From a candidate division FCPU426 bacterium (lineage in GTDB: Bacteria > Oederibacteriota > PGYV01 > Palsa-1178): 64,000 bases of DNA. Below, piece by piece: positions 27,746 through 37,731 of this stretch (position 1 is its first letter; the number at the start of each line of letters is the position of its first letter). The DNA is taken from positions 1,056,001-1,120,000 of the forward strand of contig CAWIXE010000002.1 in assembly GCA_963840035.1 (NCBI GenBank). Reading direction: 5' to 3'. A program made the position numbers and the translations under genes. The notes under the pieces were generated by a model that was not told the DNA's origin, searched no databases, and saw only the letters and a program-made list of their open reading frames with translations.

Positions 27746-29116
27746 TTATAGTTTTATTTTATATTCTTTTATCTTCCGCCACAGAGTCGACCTTGAAACG
27801 CCGAGCGCCTTGGCTACTTTTGTATGGTTCACTCCGTATCTGTCAAAAGCCTTCAGAATTGTGGATTTTTCAACCTCAGAAAGCTTGAGGTCCATATCCG
27901 CCGCCTGTTTTCCCCTGCCCTTTACCGGCGCGGTATCATGCGATTCGAGCTGGAAAAACGTCGATATATTATGCAGGTGGACCGGAAGGTCATCAATGCT
28001 TATTATATCGGCCGAGGTCATGGCAAAAGCGTGCTGGATGATGTTATCAAGCTCCCTTACATTGCCCGGATAATCATAATGCATGAGTATCGCTTTTGCC
28101 TTTGGGTCTATGCCAACGATGGACCTGCCTGACATTTTATTGTATTTTTCGATGAAAAAACGCAGCAGCAACGGCACATCCTCTTTGCGTTCTTTCAATG
28201 AGGGTATGTGGATGTGTATCACGTTCAGGCGGTAATACAGGTCCTCCCTGAATTTCTTTTCCTTAATAAGAGCCGAGAGTTCCTGATTCGTCGCGGCAAG
28301 GACCCTTATGTTCACATTACGGACTGATTCGTCGCCCAAACGGCGCAGTTCCTTGTATTCAAGTATGCGCAGCAGTTTAGACTGAAGGTTTAGCGACAGG
28401 TCCCCTATTTCATCGAGAAAAAGCGTGCCTGTATCCGCAAGTTCTATCAGGCCTTTCTTATCTGCCGTGGCGCCTGTAAACGCCCCTTTTTTATACCCGA
28501 ACAATTCCGACTCAAGCAGATTCTCAGGTATTGCCGCGCAGTTTACCGCAATAAAAGGCGAGCTTGCGCGCGCGGAGAGCTCATGTATGGCCCTTGATAT
28601 GAGTTCCTTGCCCGTGCCTGTCTCCCCGGTTATGAGTATGGAACTTTCGCTTTTCGCGACTTTCCTGGCGAGGGCCATGACTTTTTTTATCTTTTCACTT
28701 TTTCCTATGAACCTGGATTCGAAATATTCATCCTTGAGTTCATGCGGCACACTTTTCAGGTCCTTTTCAAGCTTATCAAGGATAAACAGAAGCTCGTGAA
28801 TATTTACAGGTTTTTGTATGTAAAGGAACCCGTCCTTCCTTGCCAGGTCTATGGACTTATCCAGTTTTTCCCTTGAGCTGGCCAGGATAACGCTTAAGTT
28901 AAGGTGCCTTTCCTTTATGAATTTTATAATATTAAGCTCAAGCTCCGGGATGATGTCTGTGTCAAGAATAAGTATTCTGAATTCCTGTTTGCTTATTTTG
29001 TCAAGGAGGGTGGATGAATCCGTGGCTATATACGGCGTGTCGCCCCTGTCTTCAAGGGCGTTATTTATCTTTATCGCGTCGTCCCTGTCTGTCAACGCTA
29101 TGAGTACTTTTGCCAT
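27746..29116 (-). CDS. Sigma-54-dependent response regulator (NtrC family)
   Basis: GETGTGKE, ESELFG, GAFTGA, FLDEIG, FREDLYYRL, PGNVREL, Fis-type HTH. Confidence 0.93.
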   Translation of the reverse strand: MAKVLIALTDRDDAIKINNALEDRGDTPYIATDSSTLLDKISKQEFRILILDTDIIPELELNIIKFIKERHLNLSVILASSREKLDKSIDLARKDGFLYIQKPVNIHELLFILDKLEKDLKSVPHELKDEYFESRFIGKSEKIKKVMALARKVAKSESSILITGETGTGKELISRAIHELSARASSPFIAVNCAAIPENLLESELFGYKKGAFTGATADKKGLIELADTGTLFLDEIGDLSLNLQSKLLRILEYKELRRLGDESVRNVNIRVLAATNQELSALIKEKKFREDLYYRLNVIHIHIPSLKERKEDVPLLLRFFIEKYNKMSGRSIVGIDPKAKAILMHYDYPGNVRELDNIIQHAFAMTSADIISIDDLPVHLHNISTFFQLESHDTAPVKGRGKQAADMDLKLSEVEKSTILKAFDRYGVNHTKVAKALGVSRSTLWRKIKEYKIKL

Positions 29117-31472
29117 TATCTTGATTCTCCTTCAGCTTATTAATCAAATCAGCAAGGCTTTTGTCCTGAGGAAACCTGATAACAGCCGCGTTCAGGTCCT
29201 TAATTGCCTCATCTAACCTGCCCAGCTTAAACAATGCTAAGGCCTTATATAATGACGTTACCGCGTCAGGCGTTTCATTTTCAGACCTCACAAAATAATC
29301 CAACGCTTTTTCAATATTCGATGTTTTAAAATGATACACACCCAGGTTTTTATAAATTATAGCATTTTTATAGTGTTTTTCAAGTAAAAAATCATAAATG
29401 ATACTGGCGCCTTCTAAATCACCGGCAAGCAGCTTTTCAGACGCCTTTAACAGGCCGAATTCCATTCGATCCCCTGCCGGTATTGAATTAATCACTTCAA
29501 TACCGCGCCTAGTTATTTCCGATTTATCACCCATGTAATCAGCTTTTAAAAAAGCACTTAACGCGCTGTCAAGCATGCCAAATTTGTAATAAAGCACCCC
29601 CAGACGCTGGTATGCAGCCGGTATATCCGCCCCTTTTTGGTCTGCCAGAATCAGGCATTTAATTTCATCATTATCGTCGGACATATTGCTGTAGCCTATC
29701 GACATATTGTAAAGTATATTTCCTTCCGGTTTGTCGCCCGGAAAAAGAAGAGCCTTTTTGTTGAGCATGACCGATTCTTTAAAGCGCGAAATACCAAGCA
29801 GAGAACCGGCCTCATTTACCATCGATACCGGATACCACGCCGCAAGGTCCCTGTTGTTTTTATTTAAAGAAGTAAAATCCTCGTAAACCCCCCTGTAGCT
29901 GTAAGCCTCAAAAATACGCGGATTAGACCCTGCTTTTAAATCGCGTGAAATATTCACGGCTATTCCATCCTGCCTCTGGCGGTAAACGTACTGGTCAAGG
30001 TTCAAGTTCACGGCAAAAAAATTGGACCTGTATACCGGCGATGACGAACTATAGTAATCAACCAGCTTTCTCAGGTTGACTGCCTGCTGGTTTGGCATCA
30101 GTTCGGGATGAACCGGATTGCGCGAGTAAAAACCATTAATGCCCCAATTAAAAATAAAAAATGACGCCGTGGCAAACCGCACATCGCTTCTTTTCTTTTC
30201 TATTTCCTGCAGGTAAAATATCGGCATTGCGTTATAGTCGCCGTCAGCAAGGTAAAGCGAGCCGGGTTTTAGCGTCAGCAGTATATTATTGCCGTAATCA
30301 TAAGAAAGGAAATCCCTGGAATTATTGTTTGACGGGTATGAAACAAAGAGCGCGGCAAAAGCCGCCGTCAAAAACAGCGTGAAAGCAGCGGCCTTTGCCG
30401 CCTGATTTTTTATGGAAGATACCAGCTTAAGCAATCCGGTGCCGGACAGCAGCAAAAGGGCAAGCTGTGCCGGCATAAGGAATATATCCATTATCCAGAG
30501 CAATTCCTTCTGGGTCCTGTTATAAAATACGACAAAGAAAACAATTAAAAGAACATATGCCGCCAGGACTTTTACATGTTTCGCCGACTTCCTATGCAGG
30601 ACAACACCGCCGAGAACGCTGAAAGCTATAAAAAACGAGCAATTTTTTACAATGAACGACAATAACTCATACACCTGATTTCTGTACAGCTCAAAAGAAG
30701 GGGCGGCCGCATACACATAACCTTTTCTGAGCACAACCCACATGAACCCCGCCCAGTCTGAAGGGTCTCCCCAGTTGAGTATAGGATGTGCTGCAGCCCT
30801 TATAGGCAGGTAAAGATATGCGCTTGCGCCCAATAGCATGAAAAAACACACAAATGCCCAGTCTGCCGGCTTCAGCCTTTTGTGGTACAAAACAGGAAAA
30901 TACAGCGCTACAGGCGCGAGTATTATCATGCTCGGCCAGTGATTTGCAAGGGATAAACCAAATATAAAAGCAGCCATGTAAAAATCGTTTTTTCTAAAAC
31001 GTTCAAGCAGGTTAAAAGATATATGCAGCAGCGCGGTAAAGAAGACAAGGTTGAGCATGTATATGCCGCCCTTTGCCTCTATAGCCTGGCTCCAGAACAC
31101 CCTTGAGAACGCAAGGGCCATGACAGTAAAAATCGCCGCTGCCTGTATTTGATATCCGGGCGCGCAGCCGCAGAGGACAGACACTTTCATTGACAGCCTG
31201 TAAAGCTGGAACAAAAGCAATAATGACAGCGCCAGGGCAAGCAGGTTTACCCTGAATGCCGGATTGCCGGTATTCAACAGCGTAAATATTTTTGACATCA
31301 TCGTGTAAAGCGGATAAGCCGGCGAATGGCCGATGCCCAGCGTCTGCCCTGCCACAACCGTTTCCGGCGAGTCGTTGTTCTTAAATACCGGGTGCATTGT
31401 GTTCAGATACAGCATGAATACAGCCGCGAAGGCCGCAACTGGAAAAAAAAGCCCGAGGATGCGTTTATCCAT
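29061..31472 (-). CDS. DUF2723 / TMEM260-like GT-C membrane glycosyltransferase with TPRs
   Basis: NDSPE...LGIGHSPAYPLY, FWSQA, GLSLANH, YLYLPIRA..P..NWG; TPR C-terminus. Confidence 0.85.
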   Translation of the reverse strand: MDKRILGLFFPVAAFAAVFMLYLNTMHPVFKNNDSPETVVAGQTLGIGHSPAYPLYTMMSKIFTLLNTGNPAFRVNLLALALSLLLLFQLYRLSMKVSVLCGCAPGYQIQAAAIFTVMALAFSRVFWSQAIEAKGGIYMLNLVFFTALLHISFNLLERFRKNDFYMAAFIFGLSLANHWPSMIILAPVALYFPVLYHKRLKPADWAFVCFFMLLGASAYLYLPIRAAAHPILNWGDPSDWAGFMWVVLRKGYVYAAAPSFELYRNQVYELLSFIVKNCSFFIAFSVLGGVVLHRKSAKHVKVLAAYVLLIVFFVVFYNRTQKELLWIMDIFLMPAQLALLLLSGTGLLKLVSSIKNQAAKAAAFTLFLTAAFAALFVSYPSNNNSRDFLSYDYGNNILLTLKPGSLYLADGDYNAMPIFYLQEIEKKRSDVRFATASFFIFNWGINGFYSRNPVHPELMPNQQAVNLRKLVDYYSSSSPVYRSNFFAVNLNLDQYVYRQRQDGIAVNISRDLKAGSNPRIFEAYSYRGVYEDFTSLNKNNRDLAAWYPVSMVNEAGSLLGISRFKESVMLNKKALLFPGDKPEGNILYNMSIGYSNMSDDNDEIKCLILADQKGADIPAAYQRLGVLYYKFGMLDSALSAFLKADYMGDKSEITRRGIEVINSIPAGDRMEFGLLKASEKLLAGDLEGASIIYDFLLEKHYKNAIIYKNLGVYHFKTSNIEKALDYFVRSENETPDAVTSLYKALALFKLGRLDEAIKDLNAAVIRFPQDKSLADLINKLKENQDNGKSTHSVDRQGRRDKDK

Positions 31473-33487
31473 CAGTGCAGCTCCTGTTTCCGCAGCGTAT
31501 TTAACATGCCGTTAACTTCCCTGTTTTTACTGCCGTTCGCGGCGGCTTTTCCGAGATACAAAGACGCTTCCGCGTAATTTTTTCTGTCATACATTATTTT
31601 TCCCAGCCTTTCCAAAACCTGCGTATTCGAACCGTCTTTTTCCACCGTTCTTTTAAGGTATTTTTCCTCTTTAACAGCGTCTTTTAAATCCCTGTAAACG
31701 CACGCAAGCTTATATAAAACTTCATTTTCAGGTTTATCCCCGGGCATCAGAAGGCATTTATTATAAATGGAAGCGGCATAAAGCAGCTTTCCTTCTGCCG
31801 CGGCAGCGTCCGCCGTATTGATCATGGCCCAGAAATACCAGCTGATTGCCAGATAATTTTCCGGGTTATACCTGAAATACCTGTGGACGCCCCTGTATGA
31901 ATACATGTCAAACAGGAAAAGGTTCCTTATCCCGCCATAAGGAGTGAACCGCACAAGAATCCCTTCCGGCAGCTGATGTACCGGCACATAAACCGGCTTC
32001 CCCGCGGTTTCAAACACTTCTGAAGGGCTGTTCCTGAACACGCCCCTGTCTGGCGCGTATATGGCAATCATCCTCAGTATCGAATGGGTCACGGACTCCT
32101 GAGGAAAATCCACGCCGGTTAATGAATGCAGCCTGCTGATGCCTCTGCTAAAATAAAGCGACTGCGGAAATATAAGCATTATGTCCTTCCTGTATCCATG
32201 CAAACCCTGCATGTACGCAAACGAGAACGAGTTGCAGTCGCCCTCCGAAATAAACGCCGAACCTTCCTCCATGGTCTTCATTTCATTCATCGCAAGGTCA
32301 TATCCGATAAAATAACCGGACGAATCATTATTCCCAAAATTCTTCGCCCCCGTAAAAACCACAGCCGCGGTAACCAGCGCCAAAAAAAGAACGTACCGCG
32401 TCCTGCTCTTAAAAAGCCCTGCCACATGGATGGCCCCGGAAAAAATGACCGGGGAAAGGATGACCACTGCAGGCATCGCAAAAATATCAACCAGCCTTAA
32501 CATGTGGGCCGGGGTGTTGTCATAAAGCACCACAGCAATTGCCACTGCCGCGGCAGTGTATGCGAGCGTGTAAAACAGCATGGCGTTTTTTTTATGCAGC
32601 GCGTAGATTCCCGGTAAAATAAGAATGCCGGCGGCGCCGTAACTTCTTAAGAACTCCGCCGCTATGGCTGCGGCTCTGGCAAGAAAACCGCCATTTCTGA
32701 CCGATTCAACCGGCATATAATTAAGCCTGAAAACATAGCTGAACATACCCGATACGTTTTTAAAATCACCCCAGACAAACGGGCTTGCCGTCGCATTTCT
32801 TAACGCGTAAAAAAGGTAAGGCGAAAGCCCTATTACGAACAATACTGCAGCCCAGATGAAAACCCGCGTATTTGCCTTTTTCCATAGGATAATGGCCGGG
32901 TAAAGAGCCACCGGCGCCATCAGGACCATTGTCTGCCAGTGGTTGGCCAGCGAAAGGCCGTATATAAAAGCCGTCATTAAAAAATATTTCAATTTTGGCG
33001 TTTCATGCATGGCCGCGGCGAGGTATATTATCGACAAAATGAAAAACATGTTCAGCATGTAAATGCCGCCTTTTGCCTCTATGGACTGGTTCCAGAACAC
33101 ACAACCTGAGGCGGCTATCAGCACTGCAAGTAATGAAGCCGGTACGCGTATTGGCCATGTTTCAGCACGAGCGCCAGCGGCCTCCTGCCTGAGAAATCGT
33201 TCCGCGATCGCATAGACCATCAAAAGGGACATTACGGACAATAAAATGGCAAGGATATTCATCCTGAAAGCCGGGTTCCCCAAAGGAATGAGCATGGCGG
33301 CTTTTCCCAGCAGGATATAAACCGGGTAACCCGGCGGGTGCGCTGGCGACAGAGTAAATGCGGCTACTGCGATCTCAGGGGAATCATTATTTTTAAATGA
33401 CGGATTAGCCGTTGTAAGGTATGCGAAAAATATTAAAAGCAAGCAAAGCATGGCCGCGGCGTGCGGCAGGTAACGCCTGAGTTTCAT
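31472..33487 (-). CDS. DUF2723 / TMEM260-like GT-C membrane glycosyltransferase with TPRs
   Basis: NDSPE...AHPPGYPVY, FWNQS, GLSLANH; paralog of the neighbour. Confidence 0.85.
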   Translation of the reverse strand: MKLRRYLPHAAAMLCLLLIFFAYLTTANPSFKNNDSPEIAVAAFTLSPAHPPGYPVYILLGKAAMLIPLGNPAFRMNILAILLSVMSLLMVYAIAERFLRQEAAGARAETWPIRVPASLLAVLIAASGCVFWNQSIEAKGGIYMLNMFFILSIIYLAAAMHETPKLKYFLMTAFIYGLSLANHWQTMVLMAPVALYPAIILWKKANTRVFIWAAVLFVIGLSPYLFYALRNATASPFVWGDFKNVSGMFSYVFRLNYMPVESVRNGGFLARAAAIAAEFLRSYGAAGILILPGIYALHKKNAMLFYTLAYTAAAVAIAVVLYDNTPAHMLRLVDIFAMPAVVILSPVIFSGAIHVAGLFKSRTRYVLFLALVTAAVVFTGAKNFGNNDSSGYFIGYDLAMNEMKTMEEGSAFISEGDCNSFSFAYMQGLHGYRKDIMLIFPQSLYFSRGISRLHSLTGVDFPQESVTHSILRMIAIYAPDRGVFRNSPSEVFETAGKPVYVPVHQLPEGILVRFTPYGGIRNLFLFDMYSYRGVHRYFRYNPENYLAISWYFWAMINTADAAAAEGKLLYAASIYNKCLLMPGDKPENEVLYKLACVYRDLKDAVKEEKYLKRTVEKDGSNTQVLERLGKIMYDRKNYAEASLYLGKAAANGSKNREVNGMLNTLRKQELH

Positions 33488-35331
33488 TTTGCGGCCTTTA
33501 AGCGCGCAGCGTCAACAGCCTTTAAAAGATTTTCAAATTCGGGCTTAGACCCGTTCTTTTCAGTGTAACGAAGAATCGTGCTTTTTGCCTTTTCATAGTC
33601 CCCGTCCACCATGTAAGCGGTCACAAGATTAGTGTACGCCGCGTCATAATGAGGTGCCACATAAATTGCAAGTTCAAGTTTTTTCAGGCATTCTTCCATA
33701 TTTCCAGTCTGTCCGAGAAGCGCCCCGAGCATATTATTGACCTCGGGGCAGTACGGGTTTATCAGCAGGTCTTCCCTGTAGTTTTTTTCCGCCGACTTCA
33801 GGTCCCCTGCCTTTCTGTACTCTTCAGCCGCGAAATAATACTGCGCCACATCCATCTGGGGACAGAGCTCCACGGGCTTCAAAGCGATAACCTTTTCAAA
33901 GTATCCCAGCGCTTCACTGCCCATGTTCTTTTTGGAGTATGAATCGCCTTTTTTCATGCAAAGGTTAGCCGCCATAGTCCTGCCTTCAGTAACGGCAAAA
34001 AACAGCAGGAGGCACACGGAAAGCGCAAGCAGCGCCGATACCCCGCCTTTTTTTATTATAACCGCTTTGGCTCCGGGATAAAATAATGGCAGGCATAGTA
34101 TTGCCGTAAAAAAAACCAGTGTTGTCGCCGGTATGTTATAGAAAGTATTGAAAAATGCGGCGCCTAAAATAGCGGTTATACCGCTTATGACCCCCGCCAA
34201 TACAGGGCTTAAACCGTCCCTGGCAGCGTAGATCCTGTATCCCATGGCATAAAAAGCGAATATGCCCAAAAGGAAAAAACCAAGGCCCAGAAGGCCGGTT
34301 TCCGAGGCGATAAGCAGGTAATTCTGGTGCGGCATCCATGTCACCACATAATCATACATGTTGTTTTTGCCGTCATTTAAGAGTTTTCCCTGATAAAGCG
34401 GATAATTAAGCCTGAATGACCCGATGCCTTTCCCCATTAAAGGCGAATCTTTTATCATAAGCAGGCTTGATTCCCACATCAGGAGACGGTGAACCAAAGA
34501 GCGTTTCTTTTCAGAAGCAAGCGACTTTATCCTTCCTGAGAAAAAAATTCCGCCTGCCACCGCGGCAATCAGAATTATGATGACAGCCGTTGTCAGGTTT
34601 TTTTTATTCCTTTTTATTTTTTCTTTTATGGGGCGCGGGCTAAAAAGCAAATAAATCACAATAAAAGCTGCGGCGCCTGCCGCAAGCCCAAGATAGGCCC
34701 CTATTACCTTTGTATAATAAATACAAATCAGGTGAAGGGCCAGCCCCGCTATTGAAAGGGCCCTGTACCTGGCGGAATAAACCGCGTAAGACAGGAGCAC
34801 AAACGCTGAAAAAAGGAGTTCCCCCGCGAAGAAATCGGGGTTACCGATTGTCCCCAGCGGCCGTCCCATAAAATTCGTATTCCATGCCATTATATCCATG
34901 TCGAAATGCTGCATGATGCCGTAAAACGACATTATGGAACGCGTGAAGATAATGAAGAATATTATCCTTGAGAATGACTTTTCCGTTGAAATATTATATA
35001 TAAAATAGGCGCCTGCAATGTACAATCCGAGTTCAGCAAGGTATTTAAGCGATATGGAAGTGTTAATGGAAAAAAACACCGATATGAGCGCGGCTGACAG
35101 GTATAAACCAAAGGGTAATAACAACTGGTTGTATTTGAAAACCGCCCTTCCCTCATGATAAGACTTCAGCAGGAACACAAATATCAGCAGCGGGATAAAA
35201 AGCCTGATGACCGCGGTTTGCGCGGGCCCGAAAGGGTCAAAAAACGGCTGGTAAAAAATAAAAGCGGAGGCAAAAACAACGAAATTCAGCAGGTTCCTGT
35301 TGAAAAAACCGGCTATTTTTTGTTTATCCAT
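33484..35331 (-). CDS. O-antigen ligase / O-oligosaccharyltransferase-like protein with TPRs
   Basis: GTIGNPD, R..MW....MI.D.PL.G.G.GSF, PHQ.YL..ASETG..G; C-terminal TPRs. Confidence 0.85.
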   Translation of the reverse strand: MDKQKIAGFFNRNLLNFVVFASAFIFYQPFFDPFGPAQTAVIRLFIPLLIFVFLLKSYHEGRAVFKYNQLLLPFGLYLSAALISVFFSINTSISLKYLAELGLYIAGAYFIYNISTEKSFSRIIFFIIFTRSIMSFYGIMQHFDMDIMAWNTNFMGRPLGTIGNPDFFAGELLFSAFVLLSYAVYSARYRALSIAGLALHLICIYYTKVIGAYLGLAAGAAAFIVIYLLFSPRPIKEKIKRNKKNLTTAVIIILIAAVAGGIFFSGRIKSLASEKKRSLVHRLLMWESSLLMIKDSPLMGKGIGSFRLNYPLYQGKLLNDGKNNMYDYVVTWMPHQNYLLIASETGLLGLGFFLLGIFAFYAMGYRIYAARDGLSPVLAGVISGITAILGAAFFNTFYNIPATTLVFFTAILCLPLFYPGAKAVIIKKGGVSALLALSVCLLLFFAVTEGRTMAANLCMKKGDSYSKKNMGSEALGYFEKVIALKPVELCPQMDVAQYYFAAEEYRKAGDLKSAEKNYREDLLINPYCPEVNNMLGALLGQTGNMEECLKKLELAIYVAPHYDAAYTNLVTAYMVDGDYEKAKSTILRYTEKNGSKPEFENLLKAVDAARLKAAK

Positions 35332-35435
35332 TACAGGTTTCCAGCAAGCATCATTAAATCAGCGGTACATTTTAACCCGCAGAAAAGCGCGTATGCGGGA
35401 TAATATTTTTATGACTGATTTTCCGATAAAATACA

Positions 35436-36500
35436 TTACTTTACCCGCGGCCGCTTATGTGATGCCGCACTCATTGTCCGGGAGTCTGGCAGGTTATAAA
35501 AATCGCCTTCATTGATGACTATCCCAGCCGCGCCTATCGCGCCTGCAGTTTCGCCTAACTTTGCCGGGACTATTTTCGCGGCCGCAAAAGTCAGCGCGAA
35601 CGCCTGTTTCCTTACAGCTTCCTTAAGCGGCGCAAAGAGCCTTTCGCCGGCGTTGATTACACCGCCGGCAATGACAACAACTTCAGGGTTTAAAGTGTTT
35701 ATCTGGTTTGCGACTCCCGCTCCGAGGTATTTAATAAACTCGTCCCATACCGCAATTGCTGTTTTATCCTTCTGTATCATGGCTTCAAAAACCGTCTTGG
35801 ATGTTATCTTATTCAGGTCCCCTTTTACAAACTCCGTCATCATGGATCTTGCGCCTTTTCTTATGGCTTCCCGTGCCGACTCCGCTATGGCGGATGCCGA
35901 AGCATACCGTTCAAAACAGCCTTTTGCCCTGCAGTTACATACCCTGCCGTCCGGATTAAGGGACGTATGGCCAATCTCACCCGCGTTATAATTGGCGCCC
36001 CTTACAAGCCTGCCGTTTATGATTATGCCGCCGCCCACTCCCGTGCCAAGCGTTATTCCAACCACATCTGACGCGCCTTTCGCGGCGCCGACCCATTTTT
36101 CGCCATAGACAGCGCAGTTTGCGTCATTGTCCACACCGACCGGAATGCCGAGGTATTTTTCCAGGGTTGCTTTTAACTTTACATATTTCCATCCGGGCAG
36201 GTTGACAGCCCCTATTATGAGCCCCTTTTTAGAATCCATGGGCCCGGGCGATCCTACCCCGGCGCGCCATATATCCCTCATCGTAAGCCCGGTTTCCTTT
36301 ACAAGCTCCTTTACCTTATCAGCCATGTTCTTCATTACATGGTCCGGCCCATGCTCCGCTTCAGTGGGAAAATGGCTCTGGGCTATTACCTTACCTGCCG
36401 TTGTAACAATAACAGCCATCACGTTTGTACCGCCTAAATCTATGCCCAACACGAATTTTTTTGATTTTGACCCTGATTTTTTCGCCATAAAATTATCCAC
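35436..36500 (-). CDS. ROK family sugar kinase (glucokinase-like)
   Basis: GIDLGGT, NDAN, LGTGVGGG, GEIGH, CNC...GCFE. Confidence 0.92.
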   Translation of the reverse strand: MDNFMAKKSGSKSKKFVLGIDLGGTNVMAVIVTTAGKVIAQSHFPTEAEHGPDHVMKNMADKVKELVKETGLTMRDIWRAGVGSPGPMDSKKGLIIGAVNLPGWKYVKLKATLEKYLGIPVGVDNDANCAVYGEKWVGAAKGASDVVGITLGTGVGGGIIINGRLVRGANYNAGEIGHTSLNPDGRVCNCRAKGCFERYASASAIAESAREAIRKGARSMMTEFVKGDLNKITSKTVFEAMIQKDKTAIAVWDEFIKYLGAGVANQINTLNPEVVVIAGGVINAGERLFAPLKEAVRKQAFALTFAAAKIVPAKLGETAGAIGAAGIVINEGDFYNLPDSRTMSAASHKRPRVK

Positions 36501-36543
36501 CCGCCTGATTTATTCAATGCCGTAATGTAAAAAATTATACCAT

Positions 36544-36596
36544 AAAAAACAAAAGCCAGAAGTAAAATTTTCTTTACTTCCGGCTTTTGTTTTTTT
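36544..36596 (-). terminator. Probable intrinsic terminator downstream of the tRNA
   Basis: AAAACAAAAGCCAGAAGTAAA / TTTACTTCCGGCTTTTGTTTT imperfect hairpin with A/T tracts. Confidence 0.6.
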
Positions 36597-36706
36597 AAAT
36601 CCAGCATTCGAAAATCGATAATCGAAAATTGACCGAATCGGCTTCCTGATTATGATTTAATTAATTGTTGCCAATTCTAGGCACCAAATTTTCCCGAGGG
36701 AAAATT

Positions 36707-36791
36707 TGGTGCGAGGAGGGAGACTCGAACTCCCATGGTGTTACCCGCTAGCACCTCAAGCTAGTGCGTCTACCAATTTCGCCATCCTCGC
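36707..36791 (-). tRNA. tRNA-Leu (anticodon GAG), CCA encoded
   Basis: GCGAGGATGGCGAAATTGGTAGACGCA-CTAGC-TTGAGGT-GCTAG...GTTCGAGTC...CCTCGCACCA; long variable arm. Confidence 0.95.
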
Positions 36792-36866
36792 ATAACCATA
36801 TCACAAATCCCAAAGCCCAAATCCCAAGGGAGTGCCTTCCCTGAGCTTTGGGCTATGGGGTTTATG

Positions 36867-37280
36867 CTAATCAATTATCCTGTATTCAACCTTATTGCGT
36901 TTCGCCTCAGGAACTCTTATGAAAACTCCCGCTATAAGCGATACCGCGCTAAAAATCAAAGAACCTATGAATGCGCCCCAGAGGCTCTTTACTTCAAACC
37001 CCTTTACCAGCCATCCTGTCGCGAAGAAAATTACCGTGTTTATAACCAAAGTAAACAGTCCAAATGATAATACATTTATGGGTAAAGTCAAGAAGATTAT
37101 TAACGGCCTGATGAAAGTATTTATAAGGCCAATAACCGCCGCCGCGGCCATTAAGACAAGCAGCCCGTGAAAACCCTCGGCGCTTAAGTTAAGCCCTTTT
37201 ACTGTTTTCACAATTATAAAAAGGGCGAATGTGTTTATAACAAACTTTGTAATAAGCGTAAAAAAATTAAAGCGCGCCAA
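36867..37280 (-). CDS. YvlD/DUF360 membrane protein (4-TMS 'phage holin' family)
   Basis: GLIN.FIRP....LTLP....SFGLF.LVIN motif. Confidence 0.85.
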   Translation of the reverse strand: MARFNFFTLITKFVINTFALFIIVKTVKGLNLSAEGFHGLLVLMAAAAVIGLINTFIRPLIIFLTLPINVLSFGLFTLVINTVIFFATGWLVKGFEVKSLWGAFIGSLIFSAVSLIAGVFIRVPEAKRNKVEYRIID

Positions 37281-37731
37281 TTCCGTAACCGTCCTTCACG
37301 AGCCTTTTATCCGCGTCGCGGAGCCTGTTAACCAGGGCTTTGATGAATATCTCGTTCAGTTTTACGACTATTGAAGGCATTTCCTTTTTGAACGAATTAT
37401 AATCCCTGTCATTGAATCTTATAAGTTTGCACGGCTTGATGGAAACAGCGGAAGCCGAGCGCGGCGCCGGGACAAGCATGGCCATTTCCCCAAAGAACTC
37501 GCCGTCTTTGATATTTGCCAGTACTTTTTCCTCAGCCTTGTTTTTCTTTACTATTTTTATAGCCCCTTCAATGATTATATACATTGAATCATCGCCTATC
37601 TGATTCTCGTTAAATATATATTTCCCGGGCTCAACGTCCTCCGTAATAAGCCTTTCGGAAAACATTTTTATCTCAGCGTCATCAAACCCTTTAAAAAAAA
37701 CGTGTTTTCTAAGGATTGTCTGGTCAACCAT
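37267..37731 (-). CDS. Cyclic nucleotide-binding domain protein
   Basis: FFGEMAML...PRSASA; no HTH; likely ATG 37731. Confidence 0.85.
   Translation of the reverse strand: MVDQTILRKHVFFKGFDDAEIKMFSERLITEDVEPGKYIFNENQIGDDSMYIIIEGAIKIVKKNKAEEKVLANIKDGEFFGEMAMLVPAPRSASAVSIKPCKLIRFNDRDYNSFKKEMPSIVVKLNEIFIKALVNRLRDADKRLVKDGYGIGAL

Noticed and set aside
36707..37280. Prophage or island at tRNA-Leu suggested by the 'holin'
   Set aside because: DUF360/YvlD proteins are common chromosomal genes; no integrase, phage genes or direct att repeat seen
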